Positions 25,968-40,189 of a stretch of DNA of 64,000 nucleotides are shown here, in pieces. The DNA lies in assembly GCA_964016885.1 (NCBI GenBank), contig OZ024740.1:243970001-244034000 (forward strand), written 5' to 3'. The notes under the pieces are model-generated. The model made no database searches, was not told the origin of the DNA, and saw only the letters and a program-made list of their open reading frames with translations. Made by a program: the position numbers and the translations under genes. Positions within the stretch are counted from its first letter, which is position 1. Each line of letters opens with the position of its first letter. This stretch comes from Eledone cirrhosa. Taxonomy: Eukaryota.

Positions 25968-28900
25968 CCTTGAATCTCAGTCATTGATGTTGGTTAACTG
26001 GAAAGTCCGTTGGATTGAATATCAAGCCACTACCTGCAGCCTCAGATATTCAGGACGTATCGGGGGGTTCTTGCTGTTCCAAGCAAGCATGCCTTTTGAA
26101 GCGTTCCAAAAAGTGTGAAGGGGCCGATTTTCTTTAACCATCCCTGGAAACTTTTGGAGATAGTCCCCAGTGCGCCTATGACAATCGGGATCACTTTGAC
26201 TTCATGGCAGTTCTAAATCCTTTTCACCTCCCACTTTAGGTCCTGGTATCGGTTAATTTTCTCCCTCTCCTTCTCTTGCACTCTCGTGTCGAACGGGCAG
26301 GCCACATCCACAATCAGACACGATCTTTTTTCTGTGTCCACAACCACCAGGTCAGGTCTATTGTGTTCCAGTTTTTTGTCCGTCTGTATCCTAAAATCCC
26401 ACAGCACCTTCACCTGATCGTTCTCCATCACCGCCTCTGGCCTATGCTCATACCATTTCTCAGAATGTGGTGAATTGTTTACTTTGCACAGGTGCCAGTG
26501 GATCCCCCTGCCCATCACATCGTGTCTCCAGCCCTTATAGTGGGTCTGGGCTAGGTGTTTACACTCGGACAGAATGTGAGCCACAGTCTCCTCTCTCTCT
26601 CCACAGATCCTGCACAGTGGGCTAGCCTCCTCCTTGTAAATATGGTGCTTCAACCACTTCGTTTTGAGGGCCTGCTCCTGCGCAACCATTAGCATTCCTT
26701 CTGTAGCCTTTTTGAGGTCTCCTCTTCTCAACCAGTTCCATGTCTGTGGATCTCTAAATTCAGTTTTCTCAAAGAAGGTACTATGAAGGGATTTTCCCTT
26801 AAGGCTGCTCTTCCTCCTTGATGTTATTTCCTCCTTGGACATCCCCTGGCCTACTGTCCCCTCCTTCAGTACAGTTCTGAGCATTGGCTCCTTACTATAG
26901 GTCACGTATTTGTATAGGTTGTTTTTCTCCATCTGAACACAGTCCTCTATGCTGATAAGACCTCTTCCACCCTCAGATCTCCTTAGGTAGAGTCTATCGA
27001 CATCACTCCTCTTGTGGAACATGTTGTAGATAGTCAATAGCTTCCTAGTCTTCCTATCCATTTCTTTTTGTTCAGCAACATCCCATCTCAGAATTCCCGC
27101 ACTGTACCTAATAATAGACACAGCTCGGGAATTTACTGCGCTTATGGCATTTCTGCTGTTCAGATGTGACTTCAATACGCTCCTTACTCTCCGAATGTAT
27201 TCAGTTCTTAACAATTCCTTCATTTTTTTGTTCTTTATGCCACCAGCCTCCAGAACGCCCAAATACTTGTATCCTTCCTCAGAGTCAATTTCCTTTATCA
27301 TCTCACCTGTTGGTATCTGGATCCCGTTACTTCTGCTCAACCTACCCCTCCTCATCACAATGACTCCACATTTACCAATACCAAACTGCATACATATATC
27401 ACTGCTGAAAATACGGACAGTGTCAACAAGCACATCCAACTCCTTCTCACTTTTCCCGAAGAGCTTAAGATCGTCCATGAAGAGGAGGTGATTGGTGGTA
27501 AGCTCTCCCCTTCCCAACTTGTATCCTGCTCTCACTTTTCGCAGCATAATGGTCAAGGGCATCAGGGCAAGGACAAACAACAGAGGGGACAGGCTATCTC
27601 CCTGGAAGATACCTCTCTTGATCTTCACGCTTCCCAAGGATACTCCAGTTGATGTCAACTCTGTCTCCCAGGACCCCATACTCCTGCCTAGCAACTGTCT
27701 GATGTTATCTACCACCCTGAAGATCTCCAGGCTTTTGGTGATCCAAGAATGAGGCACCATGTCAAATGCCTTTCTGTAGTCTATCCATCCCATGGCAAGA
27801 TCAGTGTGTCTCCTCCTGCAATTCCCCATTACCATCTTATCAATAAGTAACTGGTCCTTTGTACCACGTGACTTCTTTCGGCATCCTTTCTGTTCGTCCG
27901 GTAACAAGTTTGTGTGGAGGTGATGGTAGATTTCCTCAGACACAATGCTCGTCAACAGTTTCCACATTACGGACAGACATGTGATAGGTCTATAGTTGGT
28001 AACATCATTACCCTTGATTCGGTCTTTCATTATCAGAACTGTGGTACCTTTTGTCAACCACTCTGGCACCTCACCCGACACCAAGCAGTCATTGAACATG
28101 GCCGTCAGCTTCGGGTGGAGGGATGTTAAATGTTTAATCCAATACCCCTGCACACCATCTGGGCCTGGTGATTTCCAGTTGGTTAGTTTTTTGGTCTGCC
28201 CCTTAAGAGTTTCAACTGTGATACTCAAATCAGTTTGTTGTTGTGCCTGCTCACCGATCTCCCTCTGTACTGTCTCAATCCACCCTGCCTGGACATTATG
28301 TCTAACATCCTGCTCCCATATTCCTCTCCAGAATGTTTTAGTTTGCTCCGCCCCAGGGATCAAGTCGTTGCCTCTTTCTTTCCCCTCAAGCTGTCCAAAC
28401 AGCATCTTCTAGTTGTTGTCGAACATGCGGTTCTGTTTATACTGACTGACTCTGTTCTCGTATCGCCTGATTTTTGCACTCTTTGCTACAATGCGTTGCG
28501 TCAGTTCCTCTATGATAATATTTAGCTTTTTCCTCCTAGTTTTGTATTTTATTTCCAGTCTATTTTTAGTGCCTATGTTTTTTAGTGTCCCATTCAGTAG
28601 TGACTCAAGCTTTCCTATGTCATTTCTCATTTCCCCGATTTGCCCACTCAGTCGCTTCTTCCACCACGGCTCTGCTCTTTCTTGTCTGTTGTTTCCTCTC
28701 GCTTTTATACCAAGTAGAGTCCTCACCGTATTTGCTGTTGCTTTGAGGATATTGTTGCACTGGTGAAGGCTCCTCGCCTCAAGGTATGGGATGACTTTGT
28801 TTACCTTAGCTGTTGTTTTTTTTAACTTTTTCCTGTCTACAAATCTTAGGTTCATAGGTCTCCCACTATCATTGTTCAATTCATCTACCACTAAATTTAG

Positions 28901-30501
28901 GATGTCAACCGAATCTTGTCCTAGCCCGTCAGCATTCATCTCCTCAGTGGCCGTATCTCTGTTCCAGGTATTATTTATCTCAGTATTCAGATCATTGTCT
29001 GCTTCGGGTGGTTCCTCCGTTCTCAGGACCTCTTCACCTTCATTTCCCACTGGCTCGCTTGTCTGGCATACTACACCCGCCATCTCCAAGCCATTCTCTC
29101 TGCTCAGTTCCTCCAGTTCCAGCTCGCTTATCCACCCATTAGTTCTTATTACCCGAGCCTGCCCGGCCAATTTTTGTTCATCTAATTTAAATAAACCAAT
29201 CTCGTTCCAGATGTTATGCAACCGTCTCCTGTAGCCCCTCTCCTTGGGGTTACTTTTCAGGTAACATTGCATAACAGTTCTATTCAATTCTTTCGTCCAG
29301 TTGGTTCTGGCCCCTTTCCTTCTTCTCCTTCCTCCAACATCAGCAGTATTTGGTTGACAGTCAGGTTCCTGCTGCTGAGCCAGGGGGCACCTGTTGGGTG
29401 AGAGTCTGTCACATGACGTTCTAGTCTCCATTTCACCGTTATTCGAACTGTTTATGTTCGATATTTAAACACTCTTATCGAGGATTGGCGAATGTATGGT
29501 TACATAGCCATCTGTGGATCCGCCATTCCACTTGGCCCTTGTGTGGCATTATCACCACGCTGTATACGAACACACATAAACAAACAAACACACAGGCAGA
29601 AAGGGCCCCAAAAATGAATAAGCATAAGTTTCATTGTAATGTAGTGTTCGAATGTCTGACTTAGTTTTTGTTTTTTAAGTTTTAGTTTTTCCCCCCTCTT
29701 CTCTGTCCGTCCGCCTGCTTCTCTCTTCATTCTTATTTTCTTTACGTTTTTTGGGGTTTTTTTTTGTTTTTGTTTTTGTTTTTCTCGTTTTTTGCTGTTG
29801 TTGCTGTGCGGCTTTGGTTTTGTTGTTTGTTTTTTCTTTTTTCTTTTGAGTCTATCTATATATTTTGATGCCTTCCTCTTTTTTAGCAGTAGGGATTCTA
29901 TAATGTGGTGGCAGCAGTCATGTGGGAGAAGTGGGAGACTGGCGGCGGTAGCGATACTGAGACAGTGGTGGTGGTGATGTCGATACCGAGGCAGTGGTGG
30001 CGGTGATGTGACCGTATTACTGTAGTGATGGTGCTGTAGCGGTGGTAGCAGTGAAGGAGTGAAGGGGTGGTGGCGGCGGTGATGGGATAATGGTGGTAAT
30101 GATGGCCGTAGTGAGCCGTGGTGGTGAAAATGTCGTTATCTGGCTGTTGTGTTTAGTGTACACAGGTGATGGGGTGGGTGGTGTATCTAGTTCCTGGTGT
30201 TGGTGAGTTTGGCTGTTCTATATAGTGTAGACAGAGGAGAGGAGGGGGGGGGGGGTTCTTCTTCCATTTATAGCCATTTTCTTTTTTGGATATACAGTGT
30301 ACAATACAAAGTTGAATATTTGAATATTTGAGCCTTATAACAATATATTTTGGGTCCGAATTTTTTGGGGTTCAAGCCGGGTGCTTTACGTAGCATTTGT
30401 ACTAAGAGTTGTTATTTCACAAATGATTTAAATATGTTAAAAATTCAAAACTTACGGGAGCGATTTCATGACCTCCGCCACCTCGTGCGTCTTCTTCCCT
30501 T
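25968..30501 (-). mobile_element. R4/Dong family A copy 2, longest copy, two premature stops
   Basis: ATG at 29431; TAG stops at 28409-28411 and 26213-26215; natural stop near 26042; about 1.07-kb 5' leader; (ATT)n flanks. Confidence 0.93.
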
Positions 30502-30538
30502 TATTATTATTATTATTATTATTATTGTTATTGTTATT

Positions 30539-30772
30539 CCTTGAATCTCAGTCATTGATGTTGGTTAACTGGAAAGTCCGTTGGATTGAATATCAAGCCA
30601 CTACCTGCAGCCTCAGATATTCAGGACGTATCGGAGGGTTCTTGCTGTTCCAAGCAAGCATGCCTTTTGAAGCGTTCCAAAAAGCGTGAAGGGGCCGATT
30701 TTCTTTAACCATCCCTGGAAACTTTTGGAGATAGTCCCCAGTGCGCCTATGACAATCGGGATCACTTTGACT

Positions 30773-30776
<4 letters not shown>
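30539..30776 (-). mobile_element. R4/Dong family A short 3' fragment
   Basis: EVKVIPIVIGALG...YVLNI* plus 3' UTR, between (ATT)n tracts. Confidence 0.88.
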
Positions 30777-30825
<49 letters not shown>

Positions 30826-30827
<2 letters not shown>

Positions 30828-31755
30828 AGTTGCATTTATCTTGCTTTATGTTCATACGAGTTATAGTTTGTTAAAATTTCTATGTCAGATCGGAGAAGGT
30901 TTATTTGGCGATTGATGTTCTCTTGCCAAGTAGATTTCTTGTGGGAATTCCTTTGTTTTTTCATCTTCACTCCACATAAGTAAGTGGTGACTTTAGCCGA
31001 TGCATAATAGAGATGATTTAAATCAGTAATGTTTAGTTTGTTTGTGATGATAATGTTTTTGAGAATTATGTTAGTCTTGTGTATTATCTTTTGGTTCTGT
31101 TTGGAGTTCTGGATCTTAGGGAGGGTGTCTCGTTGTCCCATGTCAGATTCTTTCATTTTCATCCATTCGATCATAATTTCATCCTTCAAGTTGGCAAGTT
31201 CATTCTCATTCATTTCTTTATCATTTACGATCTCATTATTTTCATTTGGAGTTTCATCTTGAGCATGCACTCCCTCCACTTTTTCGATCCTTTCTTTAAT
31301 TTGTTCTGTTGCCAGTGATTCCGCCCCAACCCTGGGATTCGAAGTGTTACAATTTACCTCGTTTTCACTGACACATGTTTCATTTTCCCTTCGCTGACTT
31401 TGTGCTAATAGCTTGATCTGATCAATTTCTATATCAGTTAGTAACTTTTTTCTTACAATATTTCTTCGTATATTGGCTAGTTTGTTGCTGTCAATATAGC
31501 CTCTGTTTTCGGGATGTTTCTTTTTCCAGTTGATATATGTCTGTTCTGTATTCGATGTATTTGATGGGTAGTACATGGCAGTGTAGAAAGCCTCAAGGAC
31601 TTCTTTATTATCTTCCCTTAACCATTTTTCTCTCTTTTTCTTTGGATTTCTTGGTGGTGAGCATGGAGGGCCAACAGTAGGAGTATTCCGGTTATAGGAG
31701 GTCTCCAGCTCCGAAGTGATGGGAAGGTTTGAACCATTAGCTGATTTTTCGACCC

Positions 31756-31756
<1 letters not shown>
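30826..31756 (-). mobile_element. R4/Dong family B internally deleted copy (N-terminal ORF joined to the 3' terminus)
   Basis: N-terminal motif KKREKWLREDN...KLANIRRNIVRKKLLTDIEI. The terminal ~37 nt are identical to the family B 3' end at 19727. Confidence 0.75.
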
Positions 31757-31811
<55 letters not shown>

Positions 31812-31820
31812 GTTGTTATT

Positions 31821-32655
31821 CCTTGAATCTCAGTCATTGATGTTGGTTAACTGGAAAGTCCGTTGGAATGAATATCAAGCCACTACCTGCAGCCTCAGAT
31901 ATTCAGGACGTATCGGAAGGTTCTTGCTGTTCCAAGCAAGCATGCCTTTTGAAGCGTTCCAAAAAGCTTGACGGGGCCGATTTTCTTTAACCATCCCTGG
32001 AAACTTTTGGAGATAGTCCCCAGTGCGCCTATGACAATCGGGATCACTTTGACTTCATGGCAGTTCCAAATCCTTTTCACCTCCCACTTTAGGTCCTGGT
32101 ATCGGTTAATTTTCTCCCTCTCCTTCTCTTGCACTCTCGTGTCGAAAGGGCAGGCCACATCCACAATCAGACACGATCTTTTTTCTTTGTCCACAACCAC
32201 CAGGTCAGGTCTATTGTGTTCCAGTTTTTTGTCCGTCTGTATCCTAAAATCCCACAGCACCTTCACCTGATTGTTCTCCATCACCGCCTCTGGCCTATGC
32301 TCATACCATTTCTCAGAGTGTGGTAAATTGTTTACTTTGCACAGGTGCCAGTGGATCACCCTGCCCATCACATTGTGTCTCCAGCCCTTATAGTGGGTCT
32401 GGGCTAGGTGTTTACACTCGGACAGAATGTGAGCCACAGTCTCCTCTCTCTCTCTCCACAGATCCTGCACAGTGGGCTAGCCTCCTCCTTGTAAATATGG
32501 TGCTTCAACCACTTCGTTTTGAGGGCCTGCTCCTGCGCAGCCATTAGCATTCCTTCTGTAGCCTTTTTGAGGTCTCCTCTTCTCAACCAGTTCCATGTCT
32601 GTGGATCTCTAAATTCAGTTTTCTCAAAGAAGGTACTATGAAGGGATTTTCCCTT
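31821..32655 (-). mobile_element. R4/Dong family A 3' fragment (CCHC + RLE)
   Basis: ORFs 31895..32470 and 32404..32853 are frameshifted in a CT tract; (ATT)n flanks. Confidence 0.9.
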
Positions 32656-32666
32656 TATTATTATTA

Positions 32667-32774
<108 letters not shown>

Positions 32775-33096
32775 TTTTATAATTTTTCTGGGGCATTCGA
32801 AAGGGGACATGCTGGGACTCCCTTCTCTCTTTCTCCCTATCTCCTTCTCTCACTCTATACAGTTATGTATATATATATCATTTATTTATATATATATATA
32901 TCATTTTGTGCGAGCGCGCGTGCACACACACACACACACACCTACACACCCACACATATATATATATTATTGATATGTCATTAAAACCTAATTAAATACA
33001 ATGATAAAGAAGTTATGTACATACATGTTTGTCTATATTAAAGTATACGGAAGTGAGATCGCAGCTGATGTTATATACACAGATAGCTATACTTAC

Positions 33097-33434
33097 CCAG
33101 CCATTGTTGGAAACATTATCAGGTTGGTACTTGCATTTTCTGATAATAAAGTTTCCGAGCCTGCAAAATCCATATTATCTTCGAATTCCATCAATTTAAG
33201 GCCTTTACTGCTTCCTGTTACATTGTAACTTATCTTGAGATCGATGAAAGCTCGTCTCAAGGGCACGTAATTATTAATCCACTGTAAGTAGACTTCTGCG
33301 GGGAAACTGGCACCTACTCCCCGCACTTCAACTTCGGCAGGTTCCTCAGCAGTAACTGAACTTAATCCGAACAGGTTCACTATGAGAGTAACGAAATGCC
33401 GACGAGGAGGACTGAAAAGGTAACCCACCTTCAT
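33097..33434 (-). CDS. PstS-domain receptor guanylate-cyclase-like gene, coding exon 1 (signal peptide + N-terminal PstS lobe)
   Basis: MKVGY...LIVNLFGLSSVTA|EE is signal-like. PstS motifs: RGVGASFPAEVYLQW, YNVTGSSKG, DFAGSE, FPTMAG. Strong donor GG|GTAAGT at 33096, phase 2. Confidence 0.9.
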
Positions 33435-35152
33435 CTTTAACCAGACGTAATTCCAGTGGCGTGTCGTGACAAAAACGCCTGGCTAAGAAAATGGAATGTT
33501 GTGTAATACACACAAAGTTACTTTTTTTTTCAAAACAAAATCTAAATGATACTAAAATCATTTATGTCATTATTAATTTATCATATCACTCTTAAATGTT
33601 AATGTCATTATTCAAGTACTGCTATGAGTGCAGTAGTTTATGAAACTGACACGGCGAAACGGTTAGATAAATAATAACTTTGTTAAGGTAAGAAGTGCAT
33701 CTTAGGAATGCATGCCACTGTTCGACATATTTAGCGAAGTGAGCATTAAAAATATGATTAGAAACTGGTTAGATCTGTAGAAACCCCACGTATCATACAT
33801 GTTCTTGTTTCTGTTTTCATACATAAATATATAGCTCTCTACAGGATTGATTAACTACGTTGAATATTTCAATTAGAACTTCCGTTTCGCTCCAGTGTTA
33901 AGATTAAGTTTGCTGTTCAAAGTATAATACTGGAAAATGTTTCACTACATTAAATATTTCGATAACGTCTTCAATTTCCACAGATAAATAAATGATTATT
34001 TTTATTGGATAAACAATGTCTATATGGTTTCTTAGGAATATACGCTTTGTTTAATGACTATTGCAGAGTTTAAGTAATAAAGTAAGATTTGGGTTTGAAT
34101 AAAAACATGAAATATATTTTTTTCCAGCTAACAAGCAACTATTATAGTAAACATTAAAAATATTTTATAAAACTGGAATTGCGGATACAAGGTTGTACGT
34201 TTCTAAGGATGCTTAAATGCGAGTAGGTGCCTTTCAGCATAACATAACGATATGTTATGAAATTAATGAAATCAGAGACGGAAACAATATTGGAGAATCA
34301 CCACGCCTGTGAACTCAACCACCTATATGGTAATTTCAAGATTTATGAGTAGAAATAGAAAACATAAACTCAAATTCTCAAAGATCAATTTTTAGAGACT
34401 GTAGAATGCAAATGAGAAAGATTGAAACTGGCTATTATTGGTGGATCATAAACTTATTGTAACATTATATTATAAAGTTTCCCAAAGTGAGATTCGAGGA
34501 ACCCTAAGCTTGCAAGAAAAATTCTGAGGTCCCGCAAAAAATCAGCGAAATGAATTCTTTTAATGAAATATAAAAAAACAAACTATTGTAATTTTTTAAA
34601 ACTATTGTAATTGATTAATTTAATGTCTTATTGGAATTATGGTGTGGGCGTTATCTGTAAAATATAAGTATAGGTCTCGTAATTTAGGGGAAATCGTATT
34701 CAGCGATTTGGGAGGAATCCTATAAGGGTTTCATGATAACATATTTATGGAAACAATTGGATGTACGTTCTGTCCCATTAGAATGTTCTAACAAAATGGT
34801 AAATGCCAGTAGAGAAATCTTCATTTCGATTTACACATTCAATTTACATACTATTTCTCACTTCATAGCCAGCTGAAGCAGGAATACTGTATCGATTTAA
34901 GCCGTATAGGGTATTTTAGAGGATCTTTCAAGTTTCTCTTACTCTCCACCAATCATAATCTTCTCTAGTTACAATATTCGGTTAACTTCAATATAGTGCT
35001 AAGTACGTGGAACTACATCTTCTCTTCGGGCCTTCTCCATTCCATTCTTGCAAAGAGATGTTCAGAATTCTGTAATATAGAATATAATAAATTGATTTTC
35101 TGGAAGCTTTTTCATAATAAACACGCACACACACACATACGCACACACACAT

Positions 35153-35246
<94 letters not shown>

Positions 35247-36174
35247 TATATATATATTCGTATAAAAGAAATGTCAAAACGGAAAAACAACACCGTAGAA
35301 CAATGTGCAATACAAGGATGGTATATTAGTTTAACGCTTGATATAGTTGAAAAAAGACTCTTAGCGTTTGGGACGTTAGTCTCTCGTTGGAAGATAAAAA
35401 AGAGAGCAGGGAGGATGTTTGGGAGAAAGAGAAAAAGGAAGACAGGCGAGAGTAAAAATGAAAGCAGGAGGAAAGCTAAAGGAGAGAAAGTACATATTCA
35501 TTTAAGTCAGCCACCTTGGAAAAAGAAATCGAAATCAGAACAAGGCTGAATATGTTTTTAGAGGTATCGATGGAGATGTAAATATCGATAGGGGTGAAAA
35601 ATAATAGTGCATGCGTGTTTGTCCATATAGTAGACAGTGTATGAAGATGGTATGCGTTGGAGCGCGACTTTATTTACAGGGTTATTATGTATGTATGAAT
35701 GTATGAGCATGGATGTGTCCGCGAGTATTAGTGTATGTGTATGTAGTCGATTATCTGCTCTGACTGATCAGTATATGAAGTTAACAGTTGTGAGATGGAA
35801 CGTGACAGGGTAGGTGTGAGTGGGCGTGCACACATGTGTATGCATGCATGCACTAAAATACACACACATGTAAGCACATATAACACTATATACGTACATA
35901 TGTGTACAGGAATCCATAAATATATGTACGTTGAGGCCCTACGTAGGTTGTAATGTGGGAACACGTCTGTGGCTCATGAATACAAATCCCTACTTCCCAT
36001 ATAAAGGGAACAATGAAGTAGAAGGTCGTAAAATATACCACAAGGCATCTAGTAGGTTGCTATAACAATACCACTACCAAAAGCCGAAAGGATTAATCTA
36101 CTATCCCGAGTATCGAGTACTCTGTTGAGTAATGGTCTAATTAGTTTTAAGCTGATTCTATCTTGATATATATA

Positions 36175-37320
36175 CAGGGTGCTGACGGTATTTGAGGACA
36201 CTTGTCTTTTTAGTCATTATTTTATTTGACTAATTTTTATTGAACTTCTATTTCAGAAAATAACAATGAAAAATGACTATGCTTACTAATGAAATGAAAA
36301 GACATGCTGTGATTGTGGCTTTGAAGGCTAAGCATGGTGATTTAGAAATTTCTCGTTTTCTGAAAGTTGCAAGATCTTTTGTCCACAAGATTCGGTGTGA
36401 GTTAGAGAAAGAAGATGGAAGCATATTACCTGTATCAACACGTAAAAAACATTCCAAATGCTCTGATTCTATCAGGACACCTGAATTTATTCAGGAACTT
36501 AAGCAAAACATTGATGACAATCCCGGAAAATCAATGAGGTCAATTGCAAAACAATTTGGTGCATCAGAAAAAACAATCAGAAATGTTGTGCATGAAGACA
36601 TCAGATACAAATCTTACGTGATGAGGAGAGGTCAATTCATGTCAGAAAAAAACAAACAAAAGAAAACCGTTTAATCAGATCCAAAAGACTTTTGAACAAA
36701 CTTAAAAATCCATCAGAAGATGGTGTGATTTGGTTTGTCTCAGATGGGAAAAACTTTGACCAGGACCACAAAACTAACAGAAGAAATGACAGGTGGCTAT
36801 GTGCAGACCCTTCTGATGTTCCAAGAATAATGCACACAAAATTTCCTGCAAGTGTCATGGTTTGGGGTGTTGCTCGCAATGAAGGACATGTGATGCCTCC
36901 TCACTTTTTTCCACAAGGTCTTAGGGTGAATATTGCTGCATATATTGAGGTTCTGGATAAAGTTGTTAAGCCTTGAATCAACAGTGTATGCAATGGAAGG
37001 CCTTATGATTCTGCACCATCACACAAGGTTCAAATGACACAAGAATGGATGGCTGACAATGGATGGCTGACAATTTGCATGATCACATCACCCCAACATT
37101 TGGCTTCCTAATTCTCCAGGTCACAATCCACTGGACTACTATGTATGAAGCATCGTTGAGAAAAATGTCAATGAACACCCCCATAGCACCAAAGATTCTT
37201 TGAAAGCCGCAATAGTTCGAATCTGTCCGATATGAACAAGGACCACTTAATCCGAGCTTGTAAACGATTTCGACCCCGCGTAGAGGGAGTTATTGATGCT
37301 TATGGTGGTTTTATTGAATG
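36175..37320 (+). mobile_element. Tc1/mariner-superfamily (maT-like) transposon, decayed transposase
   Basis: TA|CAGGGTG left end; HTH ORF 36273..36674; catalytic motifs FVSDGKNF, VMVWG, DSAPSH, WLPNSPGHNPLDY. Frameshifts and stops present; no right TIR recognised. Confidence 0.82.
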
Positions 37321-37753
37321 AAATTATTAAATTGATAATTTAGCTTTATGACCACCTTAATTCATCCCATCTATTCCATAACTCAAATTGTACCACTTGA
37401 ATCTAAACTATAATAAAGTAAGAAGCGCGGGTCTGCGTACGGTTTATAATTTTTTTTATCCCATTAGTAAAATAAGTTGGATTACTTTGAATAAATAATG
37501 AATGAATATTACATAATTTATCTACTAAATTTCGTGGCTGTTCATTAAATATATTTTATTATTTATTTAAAGATTCACTTCTTTAAAATTTTCAAATGTC
37601 AAGACTTCCGGTAGCGATCGCTTAAATAAACATATTGATTTTCTGTCACTAATTTTTTCCTAATGCAGTTTATATATAATATCGTTTTTTTTTATGTATC
37701 ATGGGTTACATTACTGATTACATAACGCAGTCTTCGTTCAATTTATGTGTATA

Positions 37754-38643
37754 CTAGCAGTAAAGCCCGGCGTTGCTCGGGGTCGCTCAGTAGCTGTGTT
37801 AAAGTTACAATGTTAAGTTTCTTTCTTGGCTTAAAAACTGTAGTGTCTACTGTGCAGACTTGCATGTGGTGTTTTTGATTAATATTCCCTCAACCAACAA
37901 TATGCCTTATGAAGTTAAGAAAACATAACGATAACCCGAATGTTATAACAAAAGAGGATGCTGGGGATAGAAACTGCACTGGTTATTTATTAACAAAGAT
38001 CGAAAATGTAAACACTGCAACGCAGAGAAAAACATTAGCGTAACCAAATTATCAGTTATGTCTGTCTGCACGCCTATATCACCTCTCTGCACGACTGTCT
38101 GTCTGCACGCCTATATCACCTCTCTGCACGACTGTCTGTCTGCACGCCTATATCACCTCTCTGCACGACTATCTGTCTGCACGCGTATATCACCTCTCTG
38201 CACGACTGTCTGTCTGCACGACTGTCTGTCTGCACGCCTAACGACGAAATATTTGCTTGTTTTACGTAGTCTTTAAATAGACTTGTTTTCAAGTAAAAAT
38301 ATTGTTATAAAATGCTTTTAAATGGAAATGAAGCAAAACGGAAGCTTCGTGTATTGTGTTAATGTCATTTTAAACGCTGAGAAAGCCAGCGTAATTTTTT
38401 ACGTAAGACGCTCAATGTAAACAGAACAAAGGGAAATAACTGATAACTTACGCTCAAAAATCGATACATTATATTCGATTTCGTCACATAGGGTGGGTCA
38501 ATTTGAAATTTTTTTTTTCCGATGTCTTCGCTAGGACTCAATGTACAAGTATAGCAATTTCGGTGCAATTCCGTGAGAGATTCTAAGAGATGTGTGCCAA
38601 AAATCGATAGACAGACAGACAACCACAGTTTTATATATATAGA
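37754..38643 (-). mobile_element. Non-autonomous Helitron
   Basis: Minus strand reads A|TCTATATATATAAAA ... CCCGAGCAACGCCGGG hairpin ... CTAG|T: a 5'-TC start, subterminal hairpin, 3'-CTAG end and AT target. Confidence 0.82.
38059..38240. repeat. 37-bp minisatellite inside the Helitron
   Basis: TGTCTGTCTGCACGCCTATATCACCTCTCTGCACGAC, about 4.5 copies. Confidence 0.92.
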
Positions 38644-38755
38644 TTGTCAATTACGATTTTATTTGACGTATCATATTTACATGCATATATACTTGCATAT
38701 CATATCAATATACACACTACACATGCTAGCAGAAAAACCAACCTCTATTATAATA

Positions 38756-38927
38756 ACTGTTTCTACTTTAGGCACAAGGCCAGCAATTACCCAGTGCATT
38801 ACTGGTACTTTATTTTATCGACCCCGTAAGGATGAAAGGCAAAGTCAACCTCGGCGGGATTTGAACTCAGATCGTAAAGGGACGTAACTATGCTGGAAAG
38901 CATGGCGTCCGACCCACTACCGATACT
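38756..38927 (-). mobile_element. tRNA-derived SINE
   Basis: Reverse complement of the consensus; TTATAATAAC on both flanks. Confidence 0.9.
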
Positions 38928-39698
38928 TATAATAACCTATTATCATTATTATTATTATTGTCATCAACTTTCAATGAACCAACATCATAACCTATAATAT
39001 TTTATATTTTCTCTTTCATTTTCTATCTTTCTATTTCTTTCCCTAAATTTATTCCATCTCTTACATCATATCTTATCGTATTATTTTCACTTGTAATATA
39101 ACTTACAATTAATTAATTAAATAATTAATTAATTATTTAATTAATTTATTAAAGTAACCAATACATACATGAATATATTTAACATTTTCATGTTTATACC
39201 ATCATATCTCTATATTTTAACCACCAACATCTCAATAATCATACTGTTTAATTTTCTTCGCACATATAAACATTTTAAATTTATTTTTTATCATATTTTG
39301 TATTGTTTTTATCATCCTCGATGTAACTTGTTTATTAGCATTTATTCATTTATTTTGTTATCATTGTTTTTCTCTTTATTTTTCTTTTTCTTTTATATTT
39401 TTTCTTTATCCTTTTCTCTTCTCTTTCTCTCTGTCTTTTTTTTCCTCTATATCTTTCTCATATTTCTTTTTTCCTTTTTTTTTTCTCTCTCTTTCTTTAT
39501 TAATGATGTTGTAATTTGAATTCGTAGAAACTGCTAATATTTTAGCAGGTTTTCTGATGATCTGCCAAGCTAACACCGTATTAAAAATTGAGTGGCACAG
39601 CTTCAAGTGTTCAGCAATTTTTAGACAACTTAATCAGTGAAACAATTGTTAAGACTGTAAACCATGTTATTCTTCACTCTTTCTATATACATATATAC

Positions 39699-39732
<34 letters not shown>

Positions 39733-40189
39733 TAGAAAGTGAGGTTTTTTTTACAAAATGAAAAATAACCGAGGTGTCCTACACGAGTGAAAGTATAAGG
39801 AAAAAAGATGAAATCGAAAATGCAACTGGAGTCTTTTTTTTTAAATTATATATATTTATTTGGTTCCTTTACCGGTTTCGCAGTTCTTCTGCTTTTCAAA
39901 TGTAGAATTGAGATGGAGGTTTTGTGGTTTTTCTCACATCTGGTTGATTTTTGAAATGTTACTTCTGTTTTATATGGAAAAAAGTAGGCTCGAAATGCCA
40001 GGTTTTTAGAGAAGTAATTTGTTTGGTTGGTGAATAAGTATAATAAATTTCGCGCCAGTTCGCGTTACAAAGTTCTTCAAACAAAGGGGGGGGGGGGGAC
40101 TCAGGTTGTTTTTCATATATAAGTGAAGCTTGGTTGGTTGATGCAGTCACGTGAATAAGCACATCAGCTTTCGCGCCAGTTTGTGTTTG

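Noticed and set aside
29432-30501. HDV-like ribozyme in the R4/Dong 5' leader
   Set aside because: Plausible for RLE elements, but I could not fold a convincing nested double pseudoknot by eye; it needs a motif search.
38059-38240. CRISPR-like array
   Set aside because: The 37-bp units abut without unique spacers, the context is eukaryotic, and there are no cas genes.
40047-40181. Two TTTCGCGCCAGTT E2F-like sites
   Set aside because: They adjoin a Penelope fragment, far from any supported TSS, and are likely repeat-derived.
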